From a virus (Duplodnaviria > Caudoviricetes), in the IMG/VR virus record IMGVR_UViG_2869221657_000003, positions 20,732 through 84,731 of that record: 64,000 nt of DNA; one strand, given 5' to 3'. Below the pieces are notes generated by a model that saw only the letters and a program-made list of their open reading frames with translations, was not told where the DNA came from and did not search any database. Both the position numbers and the translations under genes were made by a program. This document shows, piece after piece, positions 36,108 to 46,660 of this stretch. Numbering within the stretch: position 1 is the first letter of the stretch; every line of letters starts with the position of its first letter.

Positions 36108-36707
36108 ATGTCTGAACTAGATAACAACCCTGACGACGACGTTACTAACGAGGGTGGCGATCCGGCGGATAACACTCCGGAGAACACTTTCAAAGCTATT
36201 ACCTCTCAAGATGATTTTGATAAGGCCGTAGCTCGTCGTGTTGCGCGTGAGCGTAAGAAGTACGAGGGATTTGAGGACTTCAAGGCTAAGGCTGAGCAGT
36301 TCGAAAAGCTTGAGGCTGAAAAGGGTTCTGATATCGAGAAGCTGACTCGTCGCGCCGAAAAGGCTGAGCGCGATTTGGCTTCGCTAACGGAGAAGCTGTC
36401 TAAGGCTGAGCGCAATGAGACGGTCCGCGATATTGCTGATGAGCTGGGCCTGCCTAAGAAGCTGGTTAAGCGTGTTCAGGGCGATACCGAGGAAGATATT
36501 CGCGCCGACATTGAGGACCTTTTGGAGGGTCTACCTAAGGGCGAAACGAAGGACGATCCTGAGGATAAGGGCAATAAGAAGCCCCCTTCGCAGGCTCCTA
36601 AGGCTCGTATGACCTTTACCGCGCCGGGTGATGAGTCGGATCAGGGGCTAGAAGTTAGCGCCGACGACATTCTGAAAGACCTCCCGCGTGGCGGTGGCGT
36701 GGGTTAA
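36108..36707 (+). CDS. Capsid scaffolding protein
   Basis: Acidic coiled coil, ITSQDDFDKAVARR; precedes the MCP. Confidence 0.85.
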   Translation: MSELDNNPDDDVTNEGGDPADNTPENTFKAITSQDDFDKAVARRVARERKKYEGFEDFKAKAEQFEKLEAEKGSDIEKLTRRAEKAERDLASLTEKLSKAERNETVRDIADELGLPKKLVKRVQGDTEEDIRADIEDLLEGLPKGETKDDPEDKGNKKPPSQAPKARMTFTAPGDESDQGLEVSADDILKDLPRGGGVG

Positions 36708-36767
36708 TCCCGCCCCGCATTTCTAACCATATTCCATTTTCCAAATAACTAAATAGAGGAGATTGTC

Positions 36768-37928
36768 TTGGCTACTCCTGGACACATTTTCGTTAAGCCG
36801 GAACTTGTCGCTGAAATCGGCGTCAAGCAGCTTCAGCGCGAGATCGTGCTGCCCGGCCTTGTGTGGACTAACCCGCTAACGAACTTCGGTGGTTCTAAGA
36901 ACGACACCATTACGGTGCGCGTGCCTGCTATCACCACGGCTCATCGGCGTGATCTGCGTAGCGATGACCGTACGGTTATTGCTAGCGAGCTGATCGAGCA
37001 CAGCTTCGGTGTGACGCTTGATAAGCACATTTACCAGGCTTTGAAGTTCACGGATGAGCAGCGCACGTTGGATATCCGCGACTACACGTCTCAGGTGCTT
37101 ATGCCTCAGGTCAGCGCGGTTGCGTATGAGCTTGAGGATTACATCGCTGAGCTGATCGAGGGTGCTCCTTACGAGGAAACCATTCTTATTGATCCGAGCG
37201 ATACGGTTCCGGCGTTTATCACGGCTGATCAGCGTATGGGTGAGAACTTTGTTCCTACCGATTCGCGGACGCTGGTTGTGGGTTCGGCTGTTGCCGCTGC
37301 CCTGGCGAAGGATAAGCAGTTCCGTCATGCCGACTGGAGCGGTGATCAGGCTAATACGGCTCTGCGTGAGGCGCATGTGGGTCGTTTGGCTGGTATGAAC
37401 GTGATCAAGTCTTTGGCGATTGCGCCGGATAAGGCTTATCTGTGGCACCGGACCGCTTTCATCTTGGCTTACCGTACGCCGGTTGTGCCTGAGGGCGCTA
37501 AGGCTGGTGCTTCGTTCTCGGCTAATGGCATCGCTCTGCGTTGGCTGGCTGACTACGACTACTCGCAGCTGGGCGACCGGACCCTGTTGGACGTGTTCAC
37601 GGGCCGCAAGGTTGTGACTGAGGTCGACGGTTCGTTTGTGCGCGCGGTGGAGCTTCAGCTGACCGCTACGGGCATTTCGATTGTTCAGGGTGCCGCTGTG
37701 TCGCTTGCGACCACGACGGGGACCAAGCAGTTGAAGGTTCGTGACGATAACGGCACCGACGTTACGGCGCGTTGCACGTTCTCTAGCGCGACCACGGCTA
37801 AGGCCACGGTGAGCTCGGGCGGCAAGGTGACGGGTGTTGCTTCGGGCACGTCGGTTATCACGGCGTCTTACGTTCCGCCGCAGGGTGGTTCGGCTAAGAC
37901 GGCCACCACGACGGTCACTGTTCCTTAA
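36768..37928 (+). CDS. Major capsid protein with a C-terminal Ig-like (Big_2) domain
   Basis: Position and size; ATVSSGGKVTGVASGTSVITAS Ig motif. Confidence 0.9.
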   Translation: MATPGHIFVKPELVAEIGVKQLQREIVLPGLVWTNPLTNFGGSKNDTITVRVPAITTAHRRDLRSDDRTVIASELIEHSFGVTLDKHIYQALKFTDEQRTLDIRDYTSQVLMPQVSAVAYELEDYIAELIEGAPYEETILIDPSDTVPAFITADQRMGENFVPTDSRTLVVGSAVAAALAKDKQFRHADWSGDQANTALREAHVGRLAGMNVIKSLAIAPDKAYLWHRTAFILAYRTPVVPEGAKAGASFSANGIALRWLADYDYSQLGDRTLLDVFTGRKVVTEVDGSFVRAVELQLTATGISIVQGAAVSLATTTGTKQLKVRDDNGTDVTARCTFSSATTAKATVSSGGKVTGVASGTSVITASYVPPQGGSAKTATTTVTVP

Positions 37929-37939
37929 GGGACTAGCTG

Positions 37940-38419
37940 ATGGCGGGTCTAGCGACGGTAACTGAGCTTCAGACCCTCATGTCTAAGACGTTCGCCGAGG
38001 GGAGCGATGAGCTAGCGCAGGCTGAGCTTGTTCTAGCCATCGTTTCCTCTTGGGCAAGGGTGGTGTCCGGTCAGTCATGGCCGGATGCCCCCACGGGCGT
38101 TCCGGATGATGTGCGGGCTGTTGTGTTGCAGGCGTCCCGCCGGGAGCTTAAAAACCCTGACCGCGTTATTTCGCGGCAGATGGGTCCGTTCAACGTCACG
38201 TTTTCAAGCCCGCCGGATGGGTTCTTCTATCCGGCTGAGTTGGCTATTCTCAAGCGTTTTCGGCGCTCGGGTGGTCTGCGTACGGTGAGCGTTTCTCGCG
38301 GCGAGGATGGACGGCCTTGGGCCGGGAAGGTGGGTTATCTCCACTACGGCGAGGGTGACGGTATTTTCCCGTTCTGCTCGGGTGATGAGGGGTACGGTGA
38401 CCCGGTTCCGTGGAGCTAG
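37940..38419 (+). CDS. Head-to-tail adaptor
   Basis: LATVTEL...NPDRVISRQMGPF...FFYPAELAIL. Confidence 0.8.
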   Translation: MAGLATVTELQTLMSKTFAEGSDELAQAELVLAIVSSWARVVSGQSWPDAPTGVPDDVRAVVLQASRRELKNPDRVISRQMGPFNVTFSSPPDGFFYPAELAILKRFRRSGGLRTVSVSRGEDGRPWAGKVGYLHYGEGDGIFPFCSGDEGYGDPVPWS

Positions 38420-38736
38420 AAACTCTGAATGTTTATCGGGGACCTACCGATAGGTACGGGAATCCGAACAAGGATATCCACGGGACTGTTGACGGTGCGT
38501 TCGCTTGGGGTGGGCTCCGCTTCGGCGGGACCATCGCTGGCGGTAAGGCTGAAAGTAGTTCCGCATCGCCTCAGCTTTACGTGAGGCGGGGCGCTGACCT
38601 CAAGTATCGAGACCGTGTTGAGCGGGCTAATGGGGAAACCTATGTGGTTGGCCGGTGCGCGTGGGATCAGGACTTTCCGCTCGATGGCTACGACTTCGGT
38701 TACGTAGTTTTTGAGCTTGAAGCGGGGAATCTCTAA
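38410..38736 (+). CDS. Head-to-tail stopper
   Basis: DRYGNP, DLKYRDRV; synteny. Confidence 0.7.
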   Translation: MELETLNVYRGPTDRYGNPNKDIHGTVDGAFAWGGLRFGGTIAGGKAESSSASPQLYVRRGADLKYRDRVERANGETYVVGRCAWDQDFPLDGYDFGYVVFELEAGNL

Positions 38737-39158
38737 TGCCCGCGTCCGGTCACCGGTTGACCGATATTGACATTCCTGAGCCGAATAAGGCTCTGGCGGC
38801 GCTGTTGCTTAGCAGGAACATGGAATTGCTTATGGGAATCCTTGGGCAAGAGGTTGTTCTTCGCTATCGGGCGAAGGTTGCTAAGCGCACGGGCCAGCTG
38901 GCCGCGTCTGCGAGTTCTCATGTGCAGATCGGTGGTCATAAAAACGACCGCTGGGTTGGCAGGGTCACTATTGGTGGTGATATGGCGGTGGCTAAGTGGT
39001 TTAGTCCCCGTAACCCTAACCCTGGCGACTTGTTCTATTACGGCGTCCTCCATGAGCACGGCGACGGTGGCAATCCCCCTTCGGGTTGGGACTTTCCGGC
39101 GCATAAGGACTTGAAGGCTGTTGTTGAGAGCATGAATTTTGCGCAGGGGGTTAACTAG
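38736..39158 (+). CDS. Neck / tail-completion protein
   Basis: KRTGQLAAS, LHEHG; synteny. Confidence 0.65.
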   Translation: MPASGHRLTDIDIPEPNKALAALLLSRNMELLMGILGQEVVLRYRAKVAKRTGQLAASASSHVQIGGHKNDRWVGRVTIGGDMAVAKWFSPRNPNPGDLFYYGVLHEHGDGGNPPSGWDFPAHKDLKAVVESMNFAQGVN

Positions 39159-39661
39159 TGGCTTTGGTGCTGCCTGACTGGTATGAGGATTCGTTCGTTA
39201 ACGTCGAGAATTTGTTAATCGACTTGTTCGGCGATCTTTTGCCTGATTGCGAGACGGGGTGCTGGGCACCTGATGATTGGTTGGATAACAAGCTGCCAGT
39301 TAAGCCGGTGATTTGGTTCTTCCGGCTGCCTGGTGGGCGCGTGGACTGGTCCGGTCGTAAAGACGAGTGCCAGGTTCAGGTCATGGTGGTCACGGGGAGC
39401 CGTGATGATTCGTGGCGGCTAATGGATTTTGTGCGTTCGATGCTTCTGCCCATGCAGGGGGATAAGTACAAGATGGCGGACGGTTATACGGCTCACATTC
39501 ATAAAGCCGATGAGGTTGCCGGTCCGCAACTGTTGACACCGGGCCAGCGTATCGACACGCGCGTTGTGACGGCCACTTTTCAAGTCTCAGTGTCGATGAA
39601 ATCCGCGAAGAATTACAAGCAAAAGCTCTATGAGCTTTGGCAACGGCTGCGCGGTTCTTAA
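39158..39661 (+). CDS. Tail terminator protein
   Basis: Synteny before the major tail gene; RLPGG motif. Confidence 0.7.
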   Translation: MALVLPDWYEDSFVNVENLLIDLFGDLLPDCETGCWAPDDWLDNKLPVKPVIWFFRLPGGRVDWSGRKDECQVQVMVVTGSRDDSWRLMDFVRSMLLPMQGDKYKMADGYTAHIHKADEVAGPQLLTPGQRIDTRVVTATFQVSVSMKSAKNYKQKLYELWQRLRGS

Positions 39662-39688
39662 CCCACAACTAAATAAGGACAACTTAAT

Positions 39689-40585
39689 ATGGATTTTTAC
39701 ACGATTAAGGATGCGCAGGCCGACCTTGCTCTAGCGCCCCTAAACCTGACCGTGCTTTTGGCTCCGTATGCGACGACTCCGGCTTTGACGCTGGAATCGC
39801 CTACGGATGGGTCTCTGACTATTCCTGATGGGTATAAGTCGGTTGGTCATTTCGAGAAGCAGGCGGGTTTGACGCTCGGTAATGAGTTCGATTCTAAGGA
39901 TATCGACGCTTACGGTGAGCCTGAGCCCATCCGCACGATTATCAATAAGAAGACGACGACGTTCGATTTCGCCATGTTCCAGAATCAGCGCAATGTGCTG
40001 GAGCTGATTCATACGGCGGATTTCTCGCATGTCGAGCCTTCGGCGTTCGGTGGCATTGTTCTTGAGTCGCCCAAGGTGCCTAAGAACATTTACTACCGGG
40101 CGATTTTGGTTGGTCTGGATGACCGCAACGACCGTGAGGTTTGGCTTTACTGGCTGATGCCGAAGGTGAAGCTGGACAAGCTGGACAACCAGACGTTTAA
40201 CGACGACAACGTTCTGACCTACAAGCCGACTTTGAAGGCTTTCAAGGATGACACGTTGGGTTATTCGGTGGCTCAGGGGTTCGCTGGTCCGGGTTGGCGC
40301 GACATTGTGGCGCTGGCTGGTTTTGGTCGGGCTCTTACGGCTCTGACGATCACGCCGGGCACGGGCTCGGTGACGGCGGCTACGGGTGCTTCGCACACGG
40401 TTCAGCTGCTTGTGGAGGGCGACAACGGCATTAACTACACGCCGGATGTCAAGTTCACGTCGAGCGCTCCTACGAAGGCCACGGTTTCGGCCAGTGGTTT
40501 GGTGACGGGTGTTGCTTCGGGCACCACGACGATCACCGCAACCAAGGGCGCGTTGACGGCTACGGCGACCATCACGGTTACCTAA
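39689..40585 (+). CDS. Major tail protein with a C-terminal Ig-like domain
   Basis: Synteny; ATVSASGLVTGVASGTTTITAT. Confidence 0.9.
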   Translation: MDFYTIKDAQADLALAPLNLTVLLAPYATTPALTLESPTDGSLTIPDGYKSVGHFEKQAGLTLGNEFDSKDIDAYGEPEPIRTIINKKTTTFDFAMFQNQRNVLELIHTADFSHVEPSAFGGIVLESPKVPKNIYYRAILVGLDDRNDREVWLYWLMPKVKLDKLDNQTFNDDNVLTYKPTLKAFKDDTLGYSVAQGFAGPGWRDIVALAGFGRALTALTITPGTGSVTAATGASHTVQLLVEGDNGINYTPDVKFTSSAPTKATVSASGLVTGVASGTTTITATKGALTATATITVT

Positions 40586-40679
40586 GTCGTTTTGTTTGGG
40601 GGGAATGAGGGAGGTAGTCGTTTGGCTGCCTCCCTCTCCCTTTTGTGTTCAAAACTAGTTTATAAGGGGATTATTTTTT

Positions 40680-40961
40680 ATGTCTGATTCTGACATTAAT
40701 GAGATGGTTGGCTCGCTGTTTAAGGAACTGCTTGATTCGGTTCGCGTTCCGGAGCCTCTTGAGGTTGCGCCTGGCTTGGTTGTGAGTAACCCGACTAAGA
40801 AGCAGGCTAATGAGCTTATGAAGGCCACGACTGAGGAAGATGCTCAGCGGATCATCTTTGGTGATCAGTTCGACCGTGCTATGGATTTGTTTGATCCGCA
40901 GCCCATCCAGGTGTGGAACGCGTTCATGGAAAAGTATAACGAGCACTTTTTTCGGAAGTAA
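40680..40961 (+). CDS. Tail assembly chaperone (G)
   Basis: Between the MTP and TMP genes; ends at CAC TTT TTT CGG AAG TAA. Confidence 0.85.
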   Translation: MSDSDINEMVGSLFKELLDSVRVPEPLEVAPGLVVSNPTKKQANELMKATTEEDAQRIIFGDQFDRAMDLFDPQPIQVWNAFMEKYNEHFFRK

Positions 40962-41505
40962 ACGCTTAGATCAGATCGCTTACGTCGCTCATGTTGTTGA
41001 GCGGTATTGGAAAGCGATCAACTGGGATTTTCAGCAGATTCTAGGTGTTAATGCGTGGGATTTCTTTGCCGCTCCGTGTCGCTGCGGGCAGTGTCGGGAG
41101 CGGCACGGGGATCGGTTGACTTCACGCTATTCCTCCCGGCGAAGCTGGGATCAGTTTCTCATGTTCTATGAGGCGCTTTTGGAGTGGCGTGGTTCCTATG
41201 TGCAAGCCCTGTTCCTTAGCGACCCTGACGTTATCAACTCTCAGGCGGACGCCTCTGACGAAGACTGGAAGCCCAAAAAGCCCGGTCTGTGGCAGTGGAC
41301 TAAGGAAATTGACGCGATGTTTCATGTCGCGGATCAGGTGCAGGCTGGTCGTATCCGTGATCCGGATCATTTCAAGCCTTATCCGAGGCCGGTAATCCCT
41401 GCTGAGGTTGAACGAAAGAAGCGTAAGGAACGTAAGTCGAGTTCGGGTATCGAGGCTGCTATGGCGCGTGGGCGTGAGGCGGCTAAGTGGAACTACATAA
41501 CTTAA
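40948..41505 (+). CDS. Tail assembly chaperone (T part, frameshift extension)
   Basis: Overlapping open frame with no evident own start, directly before the TMP. Confidence 0.7.
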   Translation, partial: FFGSKRLDQIAYVAHVVERYWKAINWDFQQILGVNAWDFFAAPCRCGQCRERHGDRLTSRYSSRRSWDQFLMFYEALLEWRGSYVQALFLSDPDVINSQADASDEDWKPKKPGLWQWTKEIDAMFHVADQVQAGRIRDPDHFKPYPRPVIPAEVERKKRKERKSSSGIEAAMARGREAAKWNYIT

Positions 41506-41530
41506 TAACAATTTAATAGAGGGGGCACCT

Positions 41531-44500
41531 GTGAGTGAATTTGTTGCCGCCCAGGCGTCGGTGCTTATGGTGCCGTCGCTTGGGAAGGGTGCCAATAGTT
41601 TCCAGACCAAGCTCCGCACGCAGCTTGAAAAGGTCCGCGCTTCTGTCGACGTTGAGGTTAAGGCTGACACGGCGAAGATGGTTGCTGAAGTTACGGCGAC
41701 TAAGAAAGCGCTGGAAAAGGACGCGGTTGTTGTGCCGGTCCATTACCGGACGAGTCGGCAGAGTAAGAGCGACCTTGACAAGCTAAAGCAGAACCTTTCT
41801 GAGGTTGGCGACAATTTCGATAAGGTTTCCGATAAGTTCCGCCGGAGTTTGGTCCTGAATCTTCAGGTTGCGGGCATGTCGCAGATTCGGGCTTTGATTC
41901 CTCTGTTGGGCGCGGTGAATGCGTCGATTGTGCAGCTCGCGCAGTCGGCGCTTCTGCTGCCCGGAATCTTGGCTGGTGTCGGTACTTCGCTTTTGACGAC
42001 CGTTCTGGGTGTTAAGGGGCTGGGTGATGCGTTTAAGGCGCAGGCTAAGGCTTCTAAGGATTCAGTGGAGGCGTCGCGCCAGCAGCGGGACGCTAACAAT
42101 GCGGTGCGGGATTCTACGCGTGATCTGAATTATGCGATCCGTGATGCCAAGCGGAATCTTGAAGACTTGAACGACCAGCTGCGTGATGCGCCGTTGGACG
42201 AAGCCGAAGCGATGATGAATCTGCAAGAGGCTATGGCTGAGATGGCCGACACGTCGGGCAAGACGGCTTTCCAGCGCCAAAAGGATGCTTTGCGGGTTGA
42301 GAAGTCTGAGGCGTCTCTAGCTGAGACGCGTAAGCGCAATGTGAGGCTACAGCAGGATGTTAACGAGGCCAACAAAAAGGGTATTGCCGGTAATGATCAG
42401 GTTGTTGCGGCTACGGAGCGTTTGACTAAGGCGCTTGAGGCTGCGACGGATCATAAGGGTTCGGTTCAGGACCTCGCGGATGCGATGGCGAAGTTGTCTC
42501 CGAATGCGCAGGCGTTTGTTACTCAGGTGCGGGCGTTGGGTGATGTTTGGAGCGATCTGCGCAAGTCTGTCCAGGATCGGCTGTTTGACCATCTGGGCGA
42601 AGATTTAACCTCCCTGTCGGCTATCACCTTGCCGAACGTGGAAGGTGGCTTACAGCGTGTTGCAGCGGCCATTAACGGCAATCTCCGTACGGCGATGGCT
42701 TCGCTCGGGTCGGATTCAAGCCAGGGGTTCTTGTCGCGGATTTTTGGTAACACTGCCGATGCGCAGGCGATGTTTGATCGGGCTATCAATCCTCTGATTG
42801 ATTCGTTCCTACGGTTGGGTGCGGTCGGGTCGGATTACTTGCCTCGTTTGTCGGACGGTTTCGGCGATGTTATGGCGCGGTTTGACAGGTTCATTGCGCG
42901 GGCTGAGGCTGATGGGTCGCTGGACAAGTGGATCAATAACGGTATTGACGCGTTGAAGCAGTTGGGTAACTCGCTGGTCAATGTGGCGTCGATTATGAAC
43001 TCTGTTGCGGATGCTTTCACTAATTCTGGTGGTAAGACGTTCGGGCAGTGGCTACAAGACAACACGAAGCGCCTAGCGGATTTCCTTAAGGGTCCAGAGG
43101 GTCAGCAAAAGTTGACCAAGTTCTTTGTTGACGCACGTACTGAGTTCGCAAAGTGGGAGCCGGTTCTTAAGACTATTCCGGGGATCATTAAGAACATCGC
43201 GTCTGCCGGGCGTGATTGGGCCAATGGCATGTTGCCGTTCCTTAACACGATTGGTCCGCTGCTTAGGGATCATCCGGGGTTGGTTAATACGATCTTCACG
43301 GCGTACATGTCATGGAAGTCGATTTCTCCGATTGTCTCGGGTATCAACCTGATGCTGGACAATGACTCTGGCATGGTGGGCGCGGCCAAGCGGGCGGCTA
43401 AGGCTGTCGGCACCGCGTCAAAGGGTGGCTACGCGAGTGGTGGCCTGTCGGGTGCTTTGAGTGGCTTGGCGACTCTGGTGTCTCCGGGTGGCGTTGTGAT
43501 GCTCGGGTTGACGGCGGTTACTAGTTACCTTGCGTACGAGTACCTACAGGCTCAGCAGGACGCGGCGGATGCCGCGCAGCATCACGCGAACATGGTTTCA
43601 CAGCTGCGTACTGAGTTGGATAGCCTGACGGGTTCGTTGACGCAAAAGGGTCTGATCGACGGGCTTAACAAGCTCAAGGGTTGGACTGACGTTAACGAGC
43701 GTGATGGTCAGGCGCGCGATGTTCCGAAAGAGGCTGAAGGTCTCATTGGTCGGGAGCTTCTGAATGGGGCTCTAGACCCGACCAACCAGGGGGCGCGCGA
43801 CCAGGCGGACGCGAAGCTGCGTGAGATTGTCAAGCAGGGTGTCTCTGATCCTAATTCCTTGGCGAATGATGGCACGCTGTCTGCTCAGATGAAGTCGGGC
43901 AACTTCTCGGCTGATGACCTTGTGTCGGCGCTGATGGGCGACCAGGCGCAGATCGAACGGTTTAAGAAACTGGGCGGTCCTGGCGGTCCTGGCTACACGC
44001 TGTCGGATATCAAGTACGGCCACAAGGGCGGGCTGCCGTTTGGTTTGGACGATAAGCCGGGCTTGTCGGAGCGGGCTCGCAATGCTCTTGACGTTAACAA
44101 GGCGATCAATGAGCACACCGATAATGCGTTGTCTGTGGGTAGCGATATCCGGGCTCAGAATCAGTCGATTACGGGTCCTGCTCGTATCATTCCCGGAAAG
44201 CCTAATCCGTTCTCGGACTTGGGTATTCGTCATGTGCAGTGGGATACCGACCTGAGCGGTGGTGCCGCTATCGAGGTTAACCAGTCGCCAAGTGAGTCCC
44301 TGATTGAGGACATTAAGAAGAACGGCGGCACTGTCGAGCCTTTGGCTGGCGGCAACGGCGCGATCATTCATCTTGATCCCGATAGGGCAAAGCTCTACGT
44401 GGAGAAGGGGTTTGCGGCGGGCGGGTTGCAGGCTGGTCCTGGCACCGGTACGTCTGATTCCATTCTGGCGAAGGTGTCTAATGGCGAGTTCATTTCGCGG

Positions 44501-46567
44501 GCTCAGTCGGTGCGCAAGTATGGTCCGGAGTTCTACGACGCCCTTAACCGGGGGTTGATTGATCCTTTGGATTTGCCGGGCTTCGCGGGTGGTGGTTTGT
44601 TCGGTAGCGGGTTCCGGCTTGGGCCGGATATTGCGCCGCCGGATGTGCCGGATGTTCCTTCGCTGTTTGATCCTCCGGGCTCTGGGCCTTCACAGGCTGG
44701 CGGTACTCAGTTGGGGCCGTGGGTGGTTCCGCAGGGTGTGTTTGACGCGAGTCGGACGTTGGGTCCTCTTGGTCCTAATCCTGGGTCTAGTGATCCGCCG
44801 CGCCTGCCTGGTGCGTTGCCTGGTGTTCCCGCCTCTGGCGGGTTGGCGGGTAGTGCGGCGGCAGGCGTTAAGGCGGCTAAGCCGTCTGCGCCTTGGGCTC
44901 CGGCGGCGGATTCGTCAAGCAGCAGTGCTTGGTCACCTGAGCAGCATTTGAGCGATACGGCGACTTCGCCGGGTCCTGGCAACGATCAGGGCTTCGGTGG
45001 GGCGGCTACGACCGCTGATCCGGGCGAGACGAAGAACATGTTTGGGCTGACGCCTAGTGATGGTGATCCGTTGGGCCTTAGTGGTCTTCCGGATAACTTG
45101 CAGCCAGTCAGCATCCTTGACCAGATCGGGGAGGTTCTACTTAGTGCGGTGTTGGGGTTCTTCGGGATTGATCCGACGTACTTCAATATCGGCAAGCGCA
45201 TCTTCACCGGGGTCACCGGTACAGGTAAGAACGGCAAAAAGAGGAAGGGCAAGGGCGAGCCCACAGATGAGGTTGATGGTGTCAATGGCATCATCGCCAA
45301 TCACAAGGGCCAGATGGATGCCGAAATGCCGGGATTCGTTGGAACGCTTAGCTCTTTCGCGGGTGCGCCTGATCATGCGGGCGGTGCCGGTGGCCTGAAG
45401 CAGAATGCGCGGACGCTTCGTAATGAGTTGTTCGCTAAGTATCCGATGCTTAAGGATATCGGCGGTTTTCGTCAGGATGCGTTGCCGGAGCATCCATCTG
45501 GGCGTGCGTTGGACATTATGATTCCGAAGTGGGATTCCCCGGAAGGGGCTGCTCTGGGGGATCAGATTCTCCAGGACGTTATGTCTCAGCCGGATTTCTA
45601 CGGCGCTATCTGGCGCGGGAAGTCCTACGGGTACGGGAACTCGGGGCCGATGCCTTACACGCAGGGCGGTAACGATCCGACTCAGGGTCATTACAACCAT
45701 GTCCATGTGTGGCTGAAAGAGGTTGCTCAGAACGCGGCTAAGTACGCTAACGGTGGCCTGTTGAGTGGAGATGGCACGGGTCGGTCGGACTCGATGCTGG
45801 CGCGGGTTAGTAACGGCGAGTTCATCACTCGCGCGGCGAGTGTCGCCAAGTACGGTCGCGGGTTCTTTGACGCGATCAATGCTGGTGCGATTGACCCGGC
45901 GTTGTTGCCTCGCTTTGCGGACGGTACGCCTCCGTTGTTGCCGTTGGGTATTGGTTCTGCTGCTACGGCGGCTCCACCTGTTTCTACGCCTATGGCGAAT
46001 ACGGATCAGACGGGGTTGGGCCAGCCTCAGGCTTCGGCTGGTGGTGTTGACCTTGCGGGCCTAGGCGGTTCGGCTAAGCCGGGTGCTATGGGTCCGGATG
46101 GTGGCGCTAATCCGCGTGGGCAGCTCGGGGCGGCTCCGACGAACATGGACCACAACAACCCTGCTTTGTCTAAGGGCATTAAGGGTGCGTGGAGCACGAT
46201 TGGCTCGTTGGCTGCGCAGGCGGCTTCGCTGGCGGTTGCTGGTGCCTCTGGGGGTGCCGGTGGGCTTGGCGGTGGTGCCGCTGGCTCGGGTATCCAGGCT
46301 GCCGCCGAGATGGGCGGGCAGTGGGCGTCGGGTGCGATGAACATTCTGTCCAGCTTGCTTGTCGGGACGGCTCCGGGCTCGGGTGGCACGACGCAGAACG
46401 CTTATGGCGCTCCGGTGTTACCTCAGGGTCCTCCGCAGTCTCAGCAGGGCGGTCCAGCGATTGTTAACAACTACGGCGATATCCACACTGCGGACTACAG
46501 CGAGTTCCATCGCGGTCAGGAACGCATGTTGGCGCAGCAGGTCGGTCCCGGTCTGCCTATGCGCTAA
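41531..46567 (+). CDS. Tape measure protein with a C-terminal putative muralytic domain
   Basis: 1678 aa, Ala-rich; two GxGxSDS...SNGEF repeats; EHPSGRALD...HYNHVHV peptidase-like motif. Confidence 0.95.
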   Translation: MSEFVAAQASVLMVPSLGKGANSFQTKLRTQLEKVRASVDVEVKADTAKMVAEVTATKKALEKDAVVVPVHYRTSRQSKSDLDKLKQNLSEVGDNFDKVSDKFRRSLVLNLQVAGMSQIRALIPLLGAVNASIVQLAQSALLLPGILAGVGTSLLTTVLGVKGLGDAFKAQAKASKDSVEASRQQRDANNAVRDSTRDLNYAIRDAKRNLEDLNDQLRDAPLDEAEAMMNLQEAMAEMADTSGKTAFQRQKDALRVEKSEASLAETRKRNVRLQQDVNEANKKGIAGNDQVVAATERLTKALEAATDHKGSVQDLADAMAKLSPNAQAFVTQVRALGDVWSDLRKSVQDRLFDHLGEDLTSLSAITLPNVEGGLQRVAAAINGNLRTAMASLGSDSSQGFLSRIFGNTADAQAMFDRAINPLIDSFLRLGAVGSDYLPRLSDGFGDVMARFDRFIARAEADGSLDKWINNGIDALKQLGNSLVNVASIMNSVADAFTNSGGKTFGQWLQDNTKRLADFLKGPEGQQKLTKFFVDARTEFAKWEPVLKTIPGIIKNIASAGRDWANGMLPFLNTIGPLLRDHPGLVNTIFTAYMSWKSISPIVSGINLMLDNDSGMVGAAKRAAKAVGTASKGGYASGGLSGALSGLATLVSPGGVVMLGLTAVTSYLAYEYLQAQQDAADAAQHHANMVSQLRTELDSLTGSLTQKGLIDGLNKLKGWTDVNERDGQARDVPKEAEGLIGRELLNGALDPTNQGARDQADAKLREIVKQGVSDPNSLANDGTLSAQMKSGNFSADDLVSALMGDQAQIERFKKLGGPGGPGYTLSDIKYGHKGGLPFGLDDKPGLSERARNALDVNKAINEHTDNALSVGSDIRAQNQSITGPARIIPGKPNPFSDLGIRHVQWDTDLSGGAAIEVNQSPSESLIEDIKKNGGTVEPLAGGNGAIIHLDPDRAKLYVEKGFAAGGLQAGPGTGTSDSILAKVSNGEFISRAQSVRKYGPEFYDALNRGLIDPLDLPGFAGGGLFGSGFRLGPDIAPPDVPDVPSLFDPPGSGPSQAGGTQLGPWVVPQGVFDASRTLGPLGPNPGSSDPPRLPGALPGVPASGGLAGSAAAGVKAAKPSAPWAPAADSSSSSAWSPEQHLSDTATSPGPGNDQGFGGAATTADPGETKNMFGLTPSDGDPLGLSGLPDNLQPVSILDQIGEVLLSAVLGFFGIDPTYFNIGKRIFTGVTGTGKNGKKRKGKGEPTDEVDGVNGIIANHKGQMDAEMPGFVGTLSSFAGAPDHAGGAGGLKQNARTLRNELFAKYPMLKDIGGFRQDALPEHPSGRALDIMIPKWDSPEGAALGDQILQDVMSQPDFYGAIWRGKSYGYGNSGPMPYTQGGNDPTQGHYNHVHVWLKEVAQNAAKYANGGLLSGDGTGRSDSMLARVSNGEFITRAASVAKYGRGFFDAINAGAIDPALLPRFADGTPPLLPLGIGSAATAAPPVSTPMANTDQTGLGQPQASAGGVDLAGLGGSAKPGAMGPDGGANPRGQLGAAPTNMDHNNPALSKGIKGAWSTIGSLAAQAASLAVAGASGGAGGLGGGAAGSGIQAAAEMGGQWASGAMNILSSLLVGTAPGSGGTTQNAYGAPVLPQGPPQSQQGGPAIVNNYGDIHTADYSEFHRGQERMLAQQVGPGLPMR

Positions 46568-46587
46568 AGCGCGATAAATCGAGCATA

Positions 46588-46623
46588 AGGGCACCCGGCT
46601 TTCTTTTGAGAGCCGGGTGCCTA
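46588..46623 (+). terminator. Hairpin after the TMP gene
   Basis: gggcacccggct-...-agccgggtgcct followed by attt. Confidence 0.7.
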
Positions 46624-46660
46624 TTTATGCCTGAAATTTACAACTTAATAGGGGGGGTGG

